A stretch of DNA of 64,000 bases from Octopus sinensis (lineage: Eukaryota), in the NCBI RefSeq assembly GCF_006345805.1, contig NC_043010.1, positions 17,484,001-17,548,000 on the forward strand, written 5' to 3'. The translations under genes were made by a program, and so were the position numbers. The notes beneath the pieces are model-generated. The model did no database searches. It was not told the origin of the DNA and saw only the letters and a list, made by a program, of their open reading frames with translations. Positions 50,678 to 62,585 of this stretch are shown one piece after another (within the stretch, counting starts at the first letter, position 1; every line of letters starts with the position of its first letter).

Positions 50678-52057
50678 CTATTTTTTTAACATACTTCTAC
50701 CGAGGAAATATAATTCAATTTCCTCAAGAGATTTCCCTTTTGTTTCGGGTAACACAAACCACACGAAAAAAACCCCAGCAAAAGAAAAAGCGGAAAACAA
50801 CCAGAATGTTTCTGCTGGCCCAAAGCTTTCTTTCACTGTAATAAATTCTTTGGTGACTATAAATGCAAACAACCAGCTGGTAAATATTGAAAGGGCACTA
50901 GCTTTGCCCCGAGCATGAGATGGGAAAATCTCGGACATAATAAGCATTGGAATTGGCCCCCATCCAATAGAAAAACTTGCAATAAACACAACTAAACTGA
51001 TTAGAGGAAGAGTCTTCAAATTATTCGCTACAAGATAATTGTGTTCTTTCAAAGCGTAGTAAGATCCGAGTATAAAACAAGAAAAACTTAGAATCAATCC
51101 TCCACATATTAACAATTTACGGCGTCCAACACGATCCATTATTTGGGAAACAAAGAATGTAAATAGGATCTGTGTGGCTCCAATAATGGCACTTGCAAGG
51201 TAACTTTGATTTTCATAACCAGATTCTTTAAATATTGGAACAGCATAAAAGAGAACGGCATTAATACCAGTAAGTTGTTGCAGAATCATTAGACTTAGGG
51301 AAATAAAGATTGGTCTGGAAAGTTCAGGTTTTCTCCACATATCTCTATAGGATATATCTTGTACGTCTAATCCTTCTTCAATATCACGAATTTCGTCCTC
51401 GACATCGCAGTTGACAGATCGAAGTTTGGTCAGTGCTTGGATGGCTTCGACTCGACGGCCCTTGTAGAGTAACCAGCGAGGGGTTTCCGGCATTGATAAC
51501 GTAAAAAATAAGGAAAGAAATGGAAAAAGTATTCCGAACTTAGCCATTTGTATATAATCCATATACATTCCTAGGATATACGCCACAAAAATGCCAACTG
51601 TGATACTGAGCTGAACACTTGAGCCAAGCATTCCACGTAGAGATCTGGTTGAAATTTCAGCTATGTAAATGGGCGAGACAACACAGGTCATTCCAATGGC
51701 TATACCACTAACAATGCGGCTCAAATAAAACAAAATAACGTTAGAAGTAGCAATGAGGAGACACCAACCAACAATTAACGGTACTGATATGAAATTCATT
51801 GTATATTTTCGTCCGTGTTTCTCCACAAACCAACCCGCGATGGGTCCACCCAGCATGGCTCCGATGGTTACCATAGAACCGAACCATGCAGCTTGTTGCT
51901 CGTGTAGGAACTTACTCTTTAGTAATTCGGCAATGGCAGGAGAACTATATCCCAGGATGTAACCAAACGAGAAAGGTCCGAGGAAAGCAGCAAGGCATGA
52001 TGTGATAAACTGCCTGGATACAGACAAATGTTTACGGTGTAATCGTTCTGAGAACAT
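50678..52057 (-). CDS. Sugar porter (MFS) transporter, GLUT8/SLC2A8-Tret1-like, single uninterrupted ORF, 459 aa
   Basis: Sugar porter motifs GR(K/R) in loops 2 and 8 (EKHGRK, DRVGRR), YIAEIS..SLRG, PETPRWL, QQLTGINAVLFY, GWGPIPMLIMSEIFP and PETKGKSLEEI. About 12 hydrophobic segments. Confidence 0.93.
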   Translation of the reverse strand: MFSERLHRKHLSVSRQFITSCLAAFLGPFSFGYILGYSSPAIAELLKSKFLHEQQAAWFGSMVTIGAMLGGPIAGWFVEKHGRKYTMNFISVPLIVGWCLLIATSNVILFYLSRIVSGIAIGMTCVVSPIYIAEISTRSLRGMLGSSVQLSITVGIFVAYILGMYMDYIQMAKFGILFPFLSLFFTLSMPETPRWLLYKGRRVEAIQALTKLRSVNCDVEDEIRDIEEGLDVQDISYRDMWRKPELSRPIFISLSLMILQQLTGINAVLFYAVPIFKESGYENQSYLASAIIGATQILFTFFVSQIMDRVGRRKLLICGGLILSFSCFILGSYYALKEHNYLVANNLKTLPLISLVVFIASFSIGWGPIPMLIMSEIFPSHARGKASALSIFTSWLFAFIVTKEFITVKESFGPAETFWLFSAFSFAGVFFVWFVLPETKGKSLEEIELYFLGRSMLKK

Positions 52058-52289
52058 CTTCCGACATTGGTTTCACGTAGAATGGCGGTTGCCCCTTCTA
52101 TCAATGAAAAATAAACGTTTTAAAAAAAAAGTCAGTGACCTTATAAAAGAAAACAAACCTAAACAAAAACGTTTCGATTTAATTTCTTGGGAATAATTTT
52201 CGAAAATAATTTTAAAGTTAATTCTTTCGATATAAATTAAATACTTTAAAATGTGTTAGTTTGTATGAATGTAAATAAACATAAGACAT

Positions 52290-52500
52290 GTCTCCTTATT
52301 GAGGCCGTCGGGCTGCAAGCTGCATTCTCGACTCATTTGGATCGGTCGTAGATTAATTATTGTAAAACATTTAATTAAAATATAACAGCAGTACGTTGTA
52401 TTGGGTACTACTAGCGAACAGTGGTCCCGGTGCGCGCACTCGCGTAGTCGCGCATCCGCGCTAGCTAGTCGTGACTAGTCGATCCTACAACGACTACCTA
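52290..52500. promoter_or_regulatory. CpG-rich patch upstream of the sugar transporter, probable promoter
   Basis: Local CG enrichment (GGTGCGCGCACTCGCGTAGTCGCGCATCCGCGC) ~250-450 nt upstream of the ATG in otherwise very AT-rich DNA. Confidence 0.4.
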
Positions 52501-53590
52501 GCAAAGTAAATAAAACACAAAATAATTGATTTTTTTTACACAAAGCAAATAATTTTTCAAACAAAGTAAATAACACAAAAAAACAACAAAGTAAGGTTCG
52601 CCAGTGGAAACCGTCGTATTGTGACTGTCTATTTTATATGACATGCATCGATGGTATTGAAGCATGACATTAACATAATAATAAACTTCATCTAAATTAT
52701 TCGTCACAATGACAACACGGACGCAAACCCTAACTACATTTTGGTGCCCCACCAACTTTTCATAAATCTATTTAGATTGCATATTTGGAACTTTTCCAAA
52801 TCCGCATATTTTTTTAACCAAATTTTACAGAGCAACATTTTTTGAGGGTATAGTTTTCTTTTATTAAGGGAATTTTGGACTGTTTCTTCCTCTTATATTG
52901 ACAACTATGCTGTATGAAACGAAAGAATACCTTCTCGACATTCTATACCAGAATACCTATTTTTTAATGTCACTTGTAATAAATACGTTTTTCAGATTTA
53001 AGGTTACATAAAATCGATGATTCAAACATAGTGAGCTGATTTAAAAAGTGAAAAATATGAAAGTTACGGAAATTAGTGTCAACAAAGTCAGGATGGGGAA
53101 AATGACTTGAAATTCTCCCAAATATAGTTCATTCTAATGACGTATCTCTGAAAAATTTTCATTACAATACGCATTTTTTAATAAGTTACAAAGAAACAGT
53201 CGACGTGGTGACCAATACGCGCAGACATTGATCAGTAGTTGTAAAACTTGATTTCAACTTGTGACACACTTAAAATGTTAGCAAGCTGTTATTTCTTTAA
53301 TAAGTAGGTTACAGCATATTTCTACTTTTCTTCCTTTCCACATGTTTTAGGGAAAACTTTTGGAAGACTGTGGTAGTTTGGGTTGGTTCCTATTTTATCT
53401 TTGTAACTGTGGCATATATACAGTTCAAATCACAGAAAAACAAAAGACGAAGACGGGTGTAGGAACAATTAGCAAGTGTACAAGTTGAACGCTCGGGAAA
53501 AGTGGAAAAGTCTTTTAAGTTTCGAACATACGCTCTTCAACAGAAAGGAATAAGAGGGGGGGGGATGAAGAGAATGAAAAGAAAAAACGA

Positions 53591-53960
53591 GGATTTTTTC
53601 GCTTTGACCGACAGATTTTAAAAATAATTTCTTTGTAACTAAACACTTTTAAACTTCGTATACTGGTAGAATGTGGCCATAAACTGAGGGGTCATTCGTA
53701 AACAGAGCTGGATAACAAAACCGTTCCCTCTTTAGTGTCCACCCATAATTATGACCCTAGTATCGATCTATTGCATTTCAATCTGATTTAGGGTTAGGGT
53801 TAGAGTTAGGGTTAGGGGTTGGGGTTGGGTTAGGGTAAGGGTAAGGGTTATGGTTAAAGTTAAGTTTAGGGTTAGGGTTTAGGTTAGGGTTAGGGGTGGG
53901 GGAAGGGTATCTTTTTTTTCTTCAGAAATGTAAATAAACCCAATCTGTTTCTTAAACGAA
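53591..53960. mobile_element. Fragments of the same MITE family with an expanded (TTAGGG)n tract (~53788-53895); further fragments at ~57015-57276
   Basis: Reverse-complement similarity to 16067-16445 on both sides of the Helitron array. Confidence 0.75.
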
Positions 53961-54099
53961 TATATAATATGTAATATGTGTATCTGTGCAACAGAGAGGA
54001 AAATTAAAACTGCATATGTTGTGAACTTAGAATATGTGTTTATTAATAAAAGTTTAATAACGATAATCTTTTATTCATACGAACGTAACTGATATGAAA

Positions 54100-56994
54100 T
54101 CTATATATATAAAAGTGAAGTTGTGTGAGTGTCTGTCTCCTACGATTTAGATTCCTAACTACTCCCACATTTTGCGGTGCGGTTTAACCAAAACCGGGTA
54201 TCTTATAGTCGTGATTCATATCGAGCCCTTCTGGGTATTAGCGCGCGTCTACGATGAGTCTACGATTTTTAAAATAATTTACCATAATTTTTTTCCATTT
54301 TAAAGCATATCTTTTGGGTTCTTCCAATTTTTTCGTGTGTCGATGGCGGCGGAGTTGGCGTCCATGCTCACACCTGCACCTGTGTTGCTTCTCCCCCTTC
54401 TTCCCTCCCTCGTGAAGCTGTGGGGAAGGGAGTGTAAGGAAATCAACGTCGTAAAGCGTTGTCAAGGAGACCAGCGTTCTTTTAGAACAACGACTTCATG
54501 GCTTGAAGACACCAAAACAGAAATGGCTAAGAAAGCCCGAAAGCAAATTCTACAAAATCGGGAAACACACCACACAGGGAAGGTTTCCCGTGCAAAGAAT
54601 TTGCACAACCGAATGTTTTAGTTGTTGCACAACTTTTACTTAAAAAATATTATCCAAACACAAACTTTTGAAGGCAATATTGTATGTCGATGGTACTTGT
54701 GAAATATGGTAATGGATTTAGTAGCCAAAAGGAGAGAGCAGAGGCATAGTATGGTGGTGGTGGAGGCGATGGTAGTGGCAGCGGTGGTGGCGGTGGTGCT
54801 GGTAGTGGTGATGGTGGTCGTCGTGTTTGTGGTGGTGGTGGTGTTGTTGTTGTTGGTGGTGGTGGTCATGGTGGTGGGGGTGGTGATGATGGTGGGGGTC
54901 GTGGTGGTGGTGATGGTGGTGGTCGTGGTGGTCTTCGTGATGGTGGTGGTGATGGTCATGGGCGTAGTGGTGATGGTGGTGATGGTGGTAGTGGTGATGG
55001 TGTTGGTCGTGGTGGTGGTGATGGTGGTGGCTGAAGCTGTCGTCTGGGTTCTTCCAATTTTTTCGTGTGTCCATGGCGGCGGAGTTGGCGTCCATGCTCA
55101 CACCTGCACCTGTGTTGCTTCTCCCCCTTCTTCCCTCCCTCGTGAAGCTGTGGGGAAGGGAGTGTAAGAAAATCAACGTCGTAAAGCTTTGTCAAGGAGA
55201 CCAGCGTTCTTTTAGAACAACGACTTCATGGCTTGAAGTCGCCAAAACAGAAATCGCTAAAAAAGCTGAAACAGATCCACAAAAACGGCAAAAACCGTCA
55301 CACAGGGCAGGTTTCCTGTGCAAACAATTTGCACAACCGAATGTTGTAGTTGTTGCACAAATCTTTATATATAAAAGTGAAGTTGTGTGTCTGTCTCCTA
55401 CGATTTAGATTCCTAACTACTCCCACATTTTGCGGTGCAGTTTAACCAAAACCGGGTATCTTATAGTCGTGATTCATATCGAGCCCTTCTGGGTATTAGC
55501 GCGCGTCTACGATGAGTCTACGATTTTTAAAATAATTTACCATAATTTTTTTCCATTTTAAAGCATATCTTTTGGGTTCTTCCAATTTTTTCGTGTGTCG
55601 ATGGCGGCGGAGTTGGCGTCCATGCTCACACCTGCACCTGTGTTGCTTCTCCCCCTTCTTCCCTCCCTCGTGAAGCTGTGGGGAAGGGAGTGTAAGGAAA
55701 TCAACGTCGTAAAGCGTTGTCAAGGAGACCAGCGTTCTTTTAGAACAACGACTTCATGGCTTGAAGACACCAAAACAGAATGGCTAAGAAAGCCCGAAAG
55801 CAATTCTACAAAATCGGGAAACACACCACACAGGGAAGGTTTCCCGTGCAAAGAATTTGCACAACCGAATGTTTTAGTTGTTGCACAACTTTTACTTAAA
55901 AAATATTATCCAAACACAAACTTTTGAAGGCAATATTGTATGTCGATGGTACTTGTGAAATATGGTAATGGATTTAGTAGCCAAAAGGAGAGAGCAGAGG
56001 CATAGTATGGTGGTGGTGGAGGCGATGGTAGTGGCAGCGGTGGTGGCGGTGGTGCTGGTAGTGGTGATGGTGGTCGTCGTGTTTGTGGTGGTGGTGTGTT
56101 GTTGTTGTTGGTGGTGGTGGTCATGGTGGTGGGGGTGGTGATGATGGTGGGGGTCGTGGTGGTGGTGATGATGGTGGTCGTCGTGGTGGTCTTCGTGATG
56201 GTGGTGGTGATGGTCATGGGCGTAGTGGTGATGGTGGTCATGGTGGTAGTGGTGATGGTGTTGGTCGTGGTGGTGGTGATGGTGGTGGCTGAAGCTGTCG
56301 TCTGGGTTCTTCCAATTTTTTCGTGTGTCCATGGCGGCGGAGTTGGCGTCCATGCTCACACCTGCACCTGTGTTGCTTCTCCCCCTTCTTCCCTCCCTCG
56401 TGAAGCTGTGGGGAAGGGAGTGTAAGAAAATCAACGTCGTAAAGCTTTGTCAAGGAGACCAGCGTTCTTTTAGAACAACGACTTCATGGCTTGAAGTCGC
56501 CAAAACAGAAATCGCTAAAAAAGCTGAAACAGATCCACAAAAACGGCAAAAACCGTCACACAGGGCAGGTTTCCTGTGCAAACAATTTGCACAACCGAAT
56601 GTTGTAGTTGTTGCACAAATCTTTATATATAAAAGTGAAGTTGTGTGTCTGTCTCCTACGATTTAGATTCCTAACTACTCCCACATTTTGCGGTGCAGTT
56701 TAACCAAAACCGGGTATCTTATAGTCGTGATTCATATCGAGCCCTTCTGGGTATTAGCGCGCGTCTACGATTAAAAAAAAAAATTACCATCATTTTTTCC
56801 ATTTTAATGCATTTTTTCGCTATTATATAAGGGAAATAACTCTCTAAAAATGTCTACGATGAGTCAGCGATTAAAAAAAAAATTTACCATAATTTTTTTT
56901 CCATTTTTAATACATTTTTTTGCTATAACTCTCTAAAAATGCTTATATAGTTATTTCCCTTACAAACCCGAGCAACGCCGGGCGATACTGCTAT
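54100..56994 (+). mobile_element. Non-autonomous Helitron with tandemly repeated 5' portion (units start at 54100, 55362, 56620)
   Basis: 5' end A|TCTATATATATAAAAG. The 3' hairpin CCCG-agcaacg-CCGGG (56967-56982) is followed by CTAT, a degenerate CTAG. Period is 1258-1262 nt. Confidence 0.75.
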
Positions 56995-58256
56995 TATGTC
57001 ATAAATAACAGGGACAATTTCATATGACACCGGAAAAAATTGTTGTTGACACATTACGGCAGAAATCGTTTTCGCCTCAATAGACGTCATTGATTGGTTG
57101 AAATTGCCGAAATGCAAGAAATTAAAGACCAAATATCTTACAAACTACAGAATTTTCTCAAGAATGCCAAGAGAAAAAGATGTTTTATCAACACATTCTA
57201 CTAGTATACGAAGTTAAAAAATTTTTAGTTACAGAGAAATTATTTTAAAAATCTGCCGGTCAAAGCGAAAAGATTCGAATTTTCGATCTAATGCAGTCCA
57301 CACTCTCTCGAAAATGTATTTCTGCAAAATGTTATCTAAAGAAAGAAATAGCCAAAAATATTTGAAAATGGGAGTGGAGTGAAATTTCCGAGGGTTCCAC
57401 CCCCATCCCACCCCACCCCGTTTTCCGGATCCCCAAAAGGGTTTTGTAGCATATTCGTAGGTCACCGCAATTCAGTCAACGAAAAAAATTTACATTGATT
57501 CCGGGAGAGGTGTCCGGATCCCCTACTCCCTGCCCACCCCACCCACTTTTTTCCGAACAAAAATTAGGAGTTTGCAGCATATTAGGAAGTCAGGGTACTT
57601 GATTCCACGCAAAAAATCCGAGTGTATTTTTTTTTCTTAGTGAAAATCATGCGGGTGAAACGACCAAATAATATCCTGACTAACGGAACATGTAAATCGT
57701 ACATTCGGGCCCAGTTTGTATTATCAGGTTTTCGCTAAATTGAAGGGGACAGTTTACTCTAAAATGCAGAGATTTATGATATGTTGCAGTATTTCCTTGT
57801 GAAATCTGTTCTGTCTTTAGTGGTTACCCGTAATGAAACCGAGCAAGGTGCGACGAGTCTCTCTCCTTCCTTCTTAAAACTTGGTTGTTATCTTATATCT
57901 CTCTCTAATGTTGTGCTTCATAGAATAAAGAAGAATAATACTCGGAAACGAGAGAAGTTATGTTGTAATATATAACTGTGCATCGTCAAAAACCTTGAAA
58001 CTTTCCGCAGCAAATATAAACTTCAACTGGGTCCAACTGCCAGCCTAATTCATATGAAACACAACGAATAACTCCATGAATTTAGGTGGGGATTTAGAAA
58101 CAGAGCTCTGATAATTTGGTTAATAATTTCAAAATACTCTCCTTTCTCTATTCAGTAAATATAGGTTGTTGTCAGTGTTATTGTTGTGAACAAATAAAAA
58201 TAAAACTCGTTCTTAACAACGGAAGCGATGTTGTTAATTTCACTTTCATTATTACA

Positions 58257-58390
58257 ATGGCTGCGAATTGTCCGTCTGTCGGTTACTGGACCAACGTGAA
58301 AGGCTTGCTTTTAGATATAACAGGAGTTCTTTATGAAAGACATGGAAGCGAGGGTTGTGTCATTGAAGGTTCGGTTGAGGCTATACAAAG
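58257..58390 (+). CDS. LHPP: LHPP-type HAD phosphatase exon 1, copy 1
   Basis: MAANCPSVGYWTNVKGLLLDITGVLYERHGSEGCVIEGSVEAIQ(R) resembles the LHPP N-terminus 'VRGVLLDISGVLY...GSVEAV.R'. Phase-2 donor AG|GTATTT. Confidence 0.85.
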
Positions 58391-58730
58391 GTATTTCTCG
58401 CTATTTACTAGAATTATTTATGATTTGCATAGGTGACGATGTAGTAAAGACATCGATATCCAAAACTCATCCACAGCCCATCCCGTTATCATCATCATCA
58501 TCATCATCATCATCGTCATCTTTATCGGTGTCATCATTATCATTATGTTGTTATAGTTAATAGGGTGACGAAATGCTTTTCTGAGTTCAAATTCCGACGA
58601 GGTCGGCTTTGCCTTTCATCCCTTCGGGGTCGATAAATTAAGTACCAGTTGAATACTGGAGTCAATGTAATCGACTTAACGCGAAATTGCTGGCCTTGTA
58701 TCAGTATCTAAAATCAATATTATAATTAAT

Positions 58731-58771
<41 letters not shown>

Positions 58772-58882
58772 CACAAAATGCTAAAAATCGGGCGAGTGCA
58801 CAAAGTGAAAGAGAGTACAGGTTTTATTATTATTATCATCATCATCATCATCATTATTATTATTATTTTAATTATTATTTTA

Positions 58883-58942
<60 letters not shown>

Positions 58943-60039
58943 TTCGTTTATTTATTTTGCGTAATTGTAAACCCCTGAGGTTTAAAACATGGAAATAGGA
59001 TGGACTGATTCTAATTTCAAGATAACACTATTATTGCAAAACAACAACAACTATTGTTGTTGTTGTTGCTGTTGCTGCTGCTGTTGTTAAGCAACAAGAC
59101 GGGTAAGGGTGATTAGGTGATGGTCTAGGGCTTAGGGGCGGGAGACCCCAGACCTTGGGGGAAAAAAAACTTTGGTCGTCTTGTAGTTGAGGGCTCTTCG
59201 TTGACGCCCGACACCACTGGGAAGTGGCCCTCGAAGTCGCTGGAAATGGAGATCTCCAGGTCCAAATTCTTGAACGGCTGCTGCTGCTGTCCTTAGTTTG
59301 TTCTTATTCGGGCTCAGTATTGTTGTTGTTGTTGTTATTGTTGCAACAATTGTAACACAATTTTTAAAATTTGATCCACTCCACTCGATTTCCATGTTTA
59401 AAACCAACGTGGTTATTGGCTTCGGTGTCTTTAATGAAGACATTTGTTTGTAAATATCCTGACTAACGGAACATGTAAATCGTACATTCGGGCCCAGTTT
59501 GTATTATCAGGTTTTCGCTAAATTGAAGGGGACAGTTTACTCCAAAATGCAGAGATGTATGACATGTTGCAGTATTTCCTTGTGAAATCTGTTCTGTCTT
59601 TCGTGGTTACCCGTAATGAAACCGAGCAAGGTGCGACGAGTCTCTCTCCTTCCTTCTTAAAACTTGGTTGTTATCTTATATCTCTCTCTAATGTTGTGCT
59701 TCATAGAATAAAGAAGAAGAATACTCGGAAACGAGAGAAGTTATGTTGTAATATATAACTGTGCATCGTCAAAAACCTTGAAACTTTCCGCAGCAAATAT
59801 AAACTTCAACTGGGTCCAACTGCCAGCTTAATTCATATGAAACACAACGAATAACTCCATGAATTTAGGTGGGGATTTAGAAACAGAGCTCTGATAATTT
59901 GGTTAATAATTTCAAAATACTCTCCTTTCTCTATTCAGTAAATATAGGTTGTTGTCAGTGTTATTGTTGTGAACAAATAAAAATAAAACTCGTTCTTAAC
60001 AACGGAAGCGATGTTGTTAATTTCACTTTCATTATTACA

Positions 60040-60173
60040 ATGGCTGCGAATTGTCCGTCTGTCGGTTACTGGACCAACGTGAAAGGCTTGCTTTTAGATA
60101 TAACAGGAGTTCTTTATGAAAGACATGGAAGCGAGGGTTGTGTCATTGAAGGTTCGGTTGAGGCTATACAAAG
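60040..60173 (+). CDS. LHPP: LHPP-type exon 1, copy 2
   Basis: Same peptide and donor as copy 1. Confidence 0.8.
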
Positions 60174-60501
60174 GTATTTCTCGCTATTTACTAGAATTAT
60201 TTATGATTTGCATGGGTGACGATGTAGTAAAGACATCGATATCCAAAACTCATCCACAGCCCATCCCGTTATCATCATCATCATCATCGTCATCTTTATC
60301 GGTGTCATCATTATCATTATGTTGTTATAGTTAATAGGGTGACCAGCTGGCAGAGTCGTTAGCACGCTGGACGAAATGCGTTTCTGAGTTCAAATTCCGG
60401 GGTCGATAAATTAAGTACCAGTTGAATACTGGAGTCAATGTAATCGACAACGCGAAATTGCTGGCCTTGTATCATTATCTAAAATCAATATTATAATTAA
60501 T

Positions 60502-60549
<48 letters not shown>

Positions 60550-60711
60550 TTCACAAAATGTTAAAAATCGGGCGAGTGCACAAAGTGAAAGAGGATACAA
60601 GTTTTATTATTATTATCATCATCATCATTATTATTATTTTAATTTTTATTATTATTATTTTAATTATTATTACTATTATTATTATTATTATTATTATTAT
60701 CATTATTATTA

Positions 60712-60764
<53 letters not shown>

Positions 60765-61856
60765 TTCGTTTATTTATTTTGTGTAATTGTAAACCCCTGA
60801 GGTTTAAAACATGGAAATAGGATGGACTGAATCTAATTTCAAGATAACACTATTATTGCAAAACAACAACAACTATTGTTGTTGTTGTTGCTGCTGCTGT
60901 TGTTAAGCAACAAGACGGGTAGGGTGATTAGGTGATGGTCTAGGGCTTAGGGGCGGGAGACCCCAGACCTTGGGGGAAAAAAAACTTTGGTCGTCTTGTT
61001 GTAGTCGAGGGCTCTTCGTTGACGCCCGACACCACTGGGAGGTGGCCCTCGAAGTCGCTGGAAATGGAGATCTCCAGGTCCAAATCTTGAACGGCTGCTG
61101 CTGCTGTCCTTAGTTTGTTCTTATTCGGGCTCAGTATTGTTGTTGTTGTTGTTATTGTTGCAACAATTGTAACACAATTTTTAAAATTTGATCCACTCCA
61201 CTCGATTTCCATGTTTAAAACCAACGTGGTTATTGGCTTCGGTGTCTTTAATGAAGACATTTGTTTGTGAATATCCTGACTAACGGAACATGTAAATCGT
61301 ACATTCGGGCCCAGTTTGTATTATCAGGTTTTCGCTAAATTGAAGGGGACAGTTTACTCCAAAATGCAGAGATGTATGACATGTTGCAGTATTTCCTTGT
61401 GAAATCTGTTCTGTCTTTCGTGGTTACCCGTAATGAAACCGAGCAAGGTGCGACGAGTCTCTCTCCTTCCTTCTTAAAACTTGGTTGTTATCTTATATCT
61501 CTCTCTAATGTTGTGCTTCATAGAATAAAGAAGAATAATACTCGGAAACGAGAGAAGTTATGTTGTAATATATAACTGTGCATCGTCAAAAACCTTGAAA
61601 CTTTCCGCAGCAAATATAAACTTCAACTGGGTCCAACTGCCAGCTTAATTCATATGAAACACAACGAATAACTCCATGAATTTAGGTGGGGATTTAGAAA
61701 CAGAGCTCTGATAATTTGGTTAATAATTTCAAAATACTCTCCTTTCTCTATTCAGTAAATATAGGTTGTTGTCAGTGTTATTGTTGTGAACAAATAAAAA
61801 TAAAACTCGTTCTTAACAACGGAAGCGATGTTGTTAATTTCACTTTCATTATTACA

Positions 61857-61990
61857 ATGGCTGCGAATTGTCCGTCTGTCGGTTACTGGACCAACGTGAA
61901 AGGCTTGCTTTTAGATATAACAGGAGTTCTTTATGAAAGACATGGAAGCGAGGGTTGTGTCATTGAAGGTTCGGTTGAGGCTATACAAAG
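61857..61990 (+). CDS. LHPP: LHPP-type exon 1, copy 3 (remaining exons presumably lie beyond the window)
   Basis: Same peptide and donor as copy 1. Confidence 0.82.
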
Positions 61991-62318
61991 GTATTTCTCG
62001 CTATTTACTAGAATTATTTGTGATTTGCATGGGTGACGATGTAGTAAAGACATTGATATCCAAAACTCATCCACAGCCCATCCCGTTATCATCATCATCA
62101 TCATCGTCATCTTTATCGGTGTCATCATTATCATTATGTTGTTATAGTTAATAGGGTGACCAGCTGGCAGAGTCGTTAGCACGCTGGACGAAATGCGTTT
62201 CTGAGTTCAAATTCCGGGGTCGATAAATTAAGTACCAGTTGAATACTGGAGTCAATGTAATCGACAACGCGAAATTGCTGGCCTTGTATCATTATCTAAA
62301 ATCAATATTATAATTAAT

Positions 62319-62351
<33 letters not shown>

Positions 62352-62522
62352 TTCACAAAATGTTAAAAATCGGGCGAGTGCACAAAGTGAAAGAGGATAC
62401 AAGTTTTATTATTATTATCATCATCATCATTATTATTATTTTAATTTTTATTATTATTATTTTAATTATTATTACTATTATTATTATTATTATTATTATT
62501 ATCATTATTATTATCATTATTA

Positions 62523-62585
<63 letters not shown>

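Noticed and set aside
53788-53895. Telomere or chromosome fusion site
   Set aside because: The tract is short, degenerate, in one orientation only, and internal to a MITE that is also present at 16067-16483.
54718-55176. His-rich ORF (and its copy at 55892-56434) suggestive of a metal-binding or beak protein
   Set aside because: It is a translation of an imperfect (GGT)n tract inside a Helitron. Other frames give poly-Val or poly-Thr, and there are no GHG-type repeats or splice support.
58116-58256. N-terminal extension of LHPP from the ORF track (MVNNFKIL...)
   Set aside because: It starts at TTG with low-complexity composition. Homology begins at the ATG at 58257.
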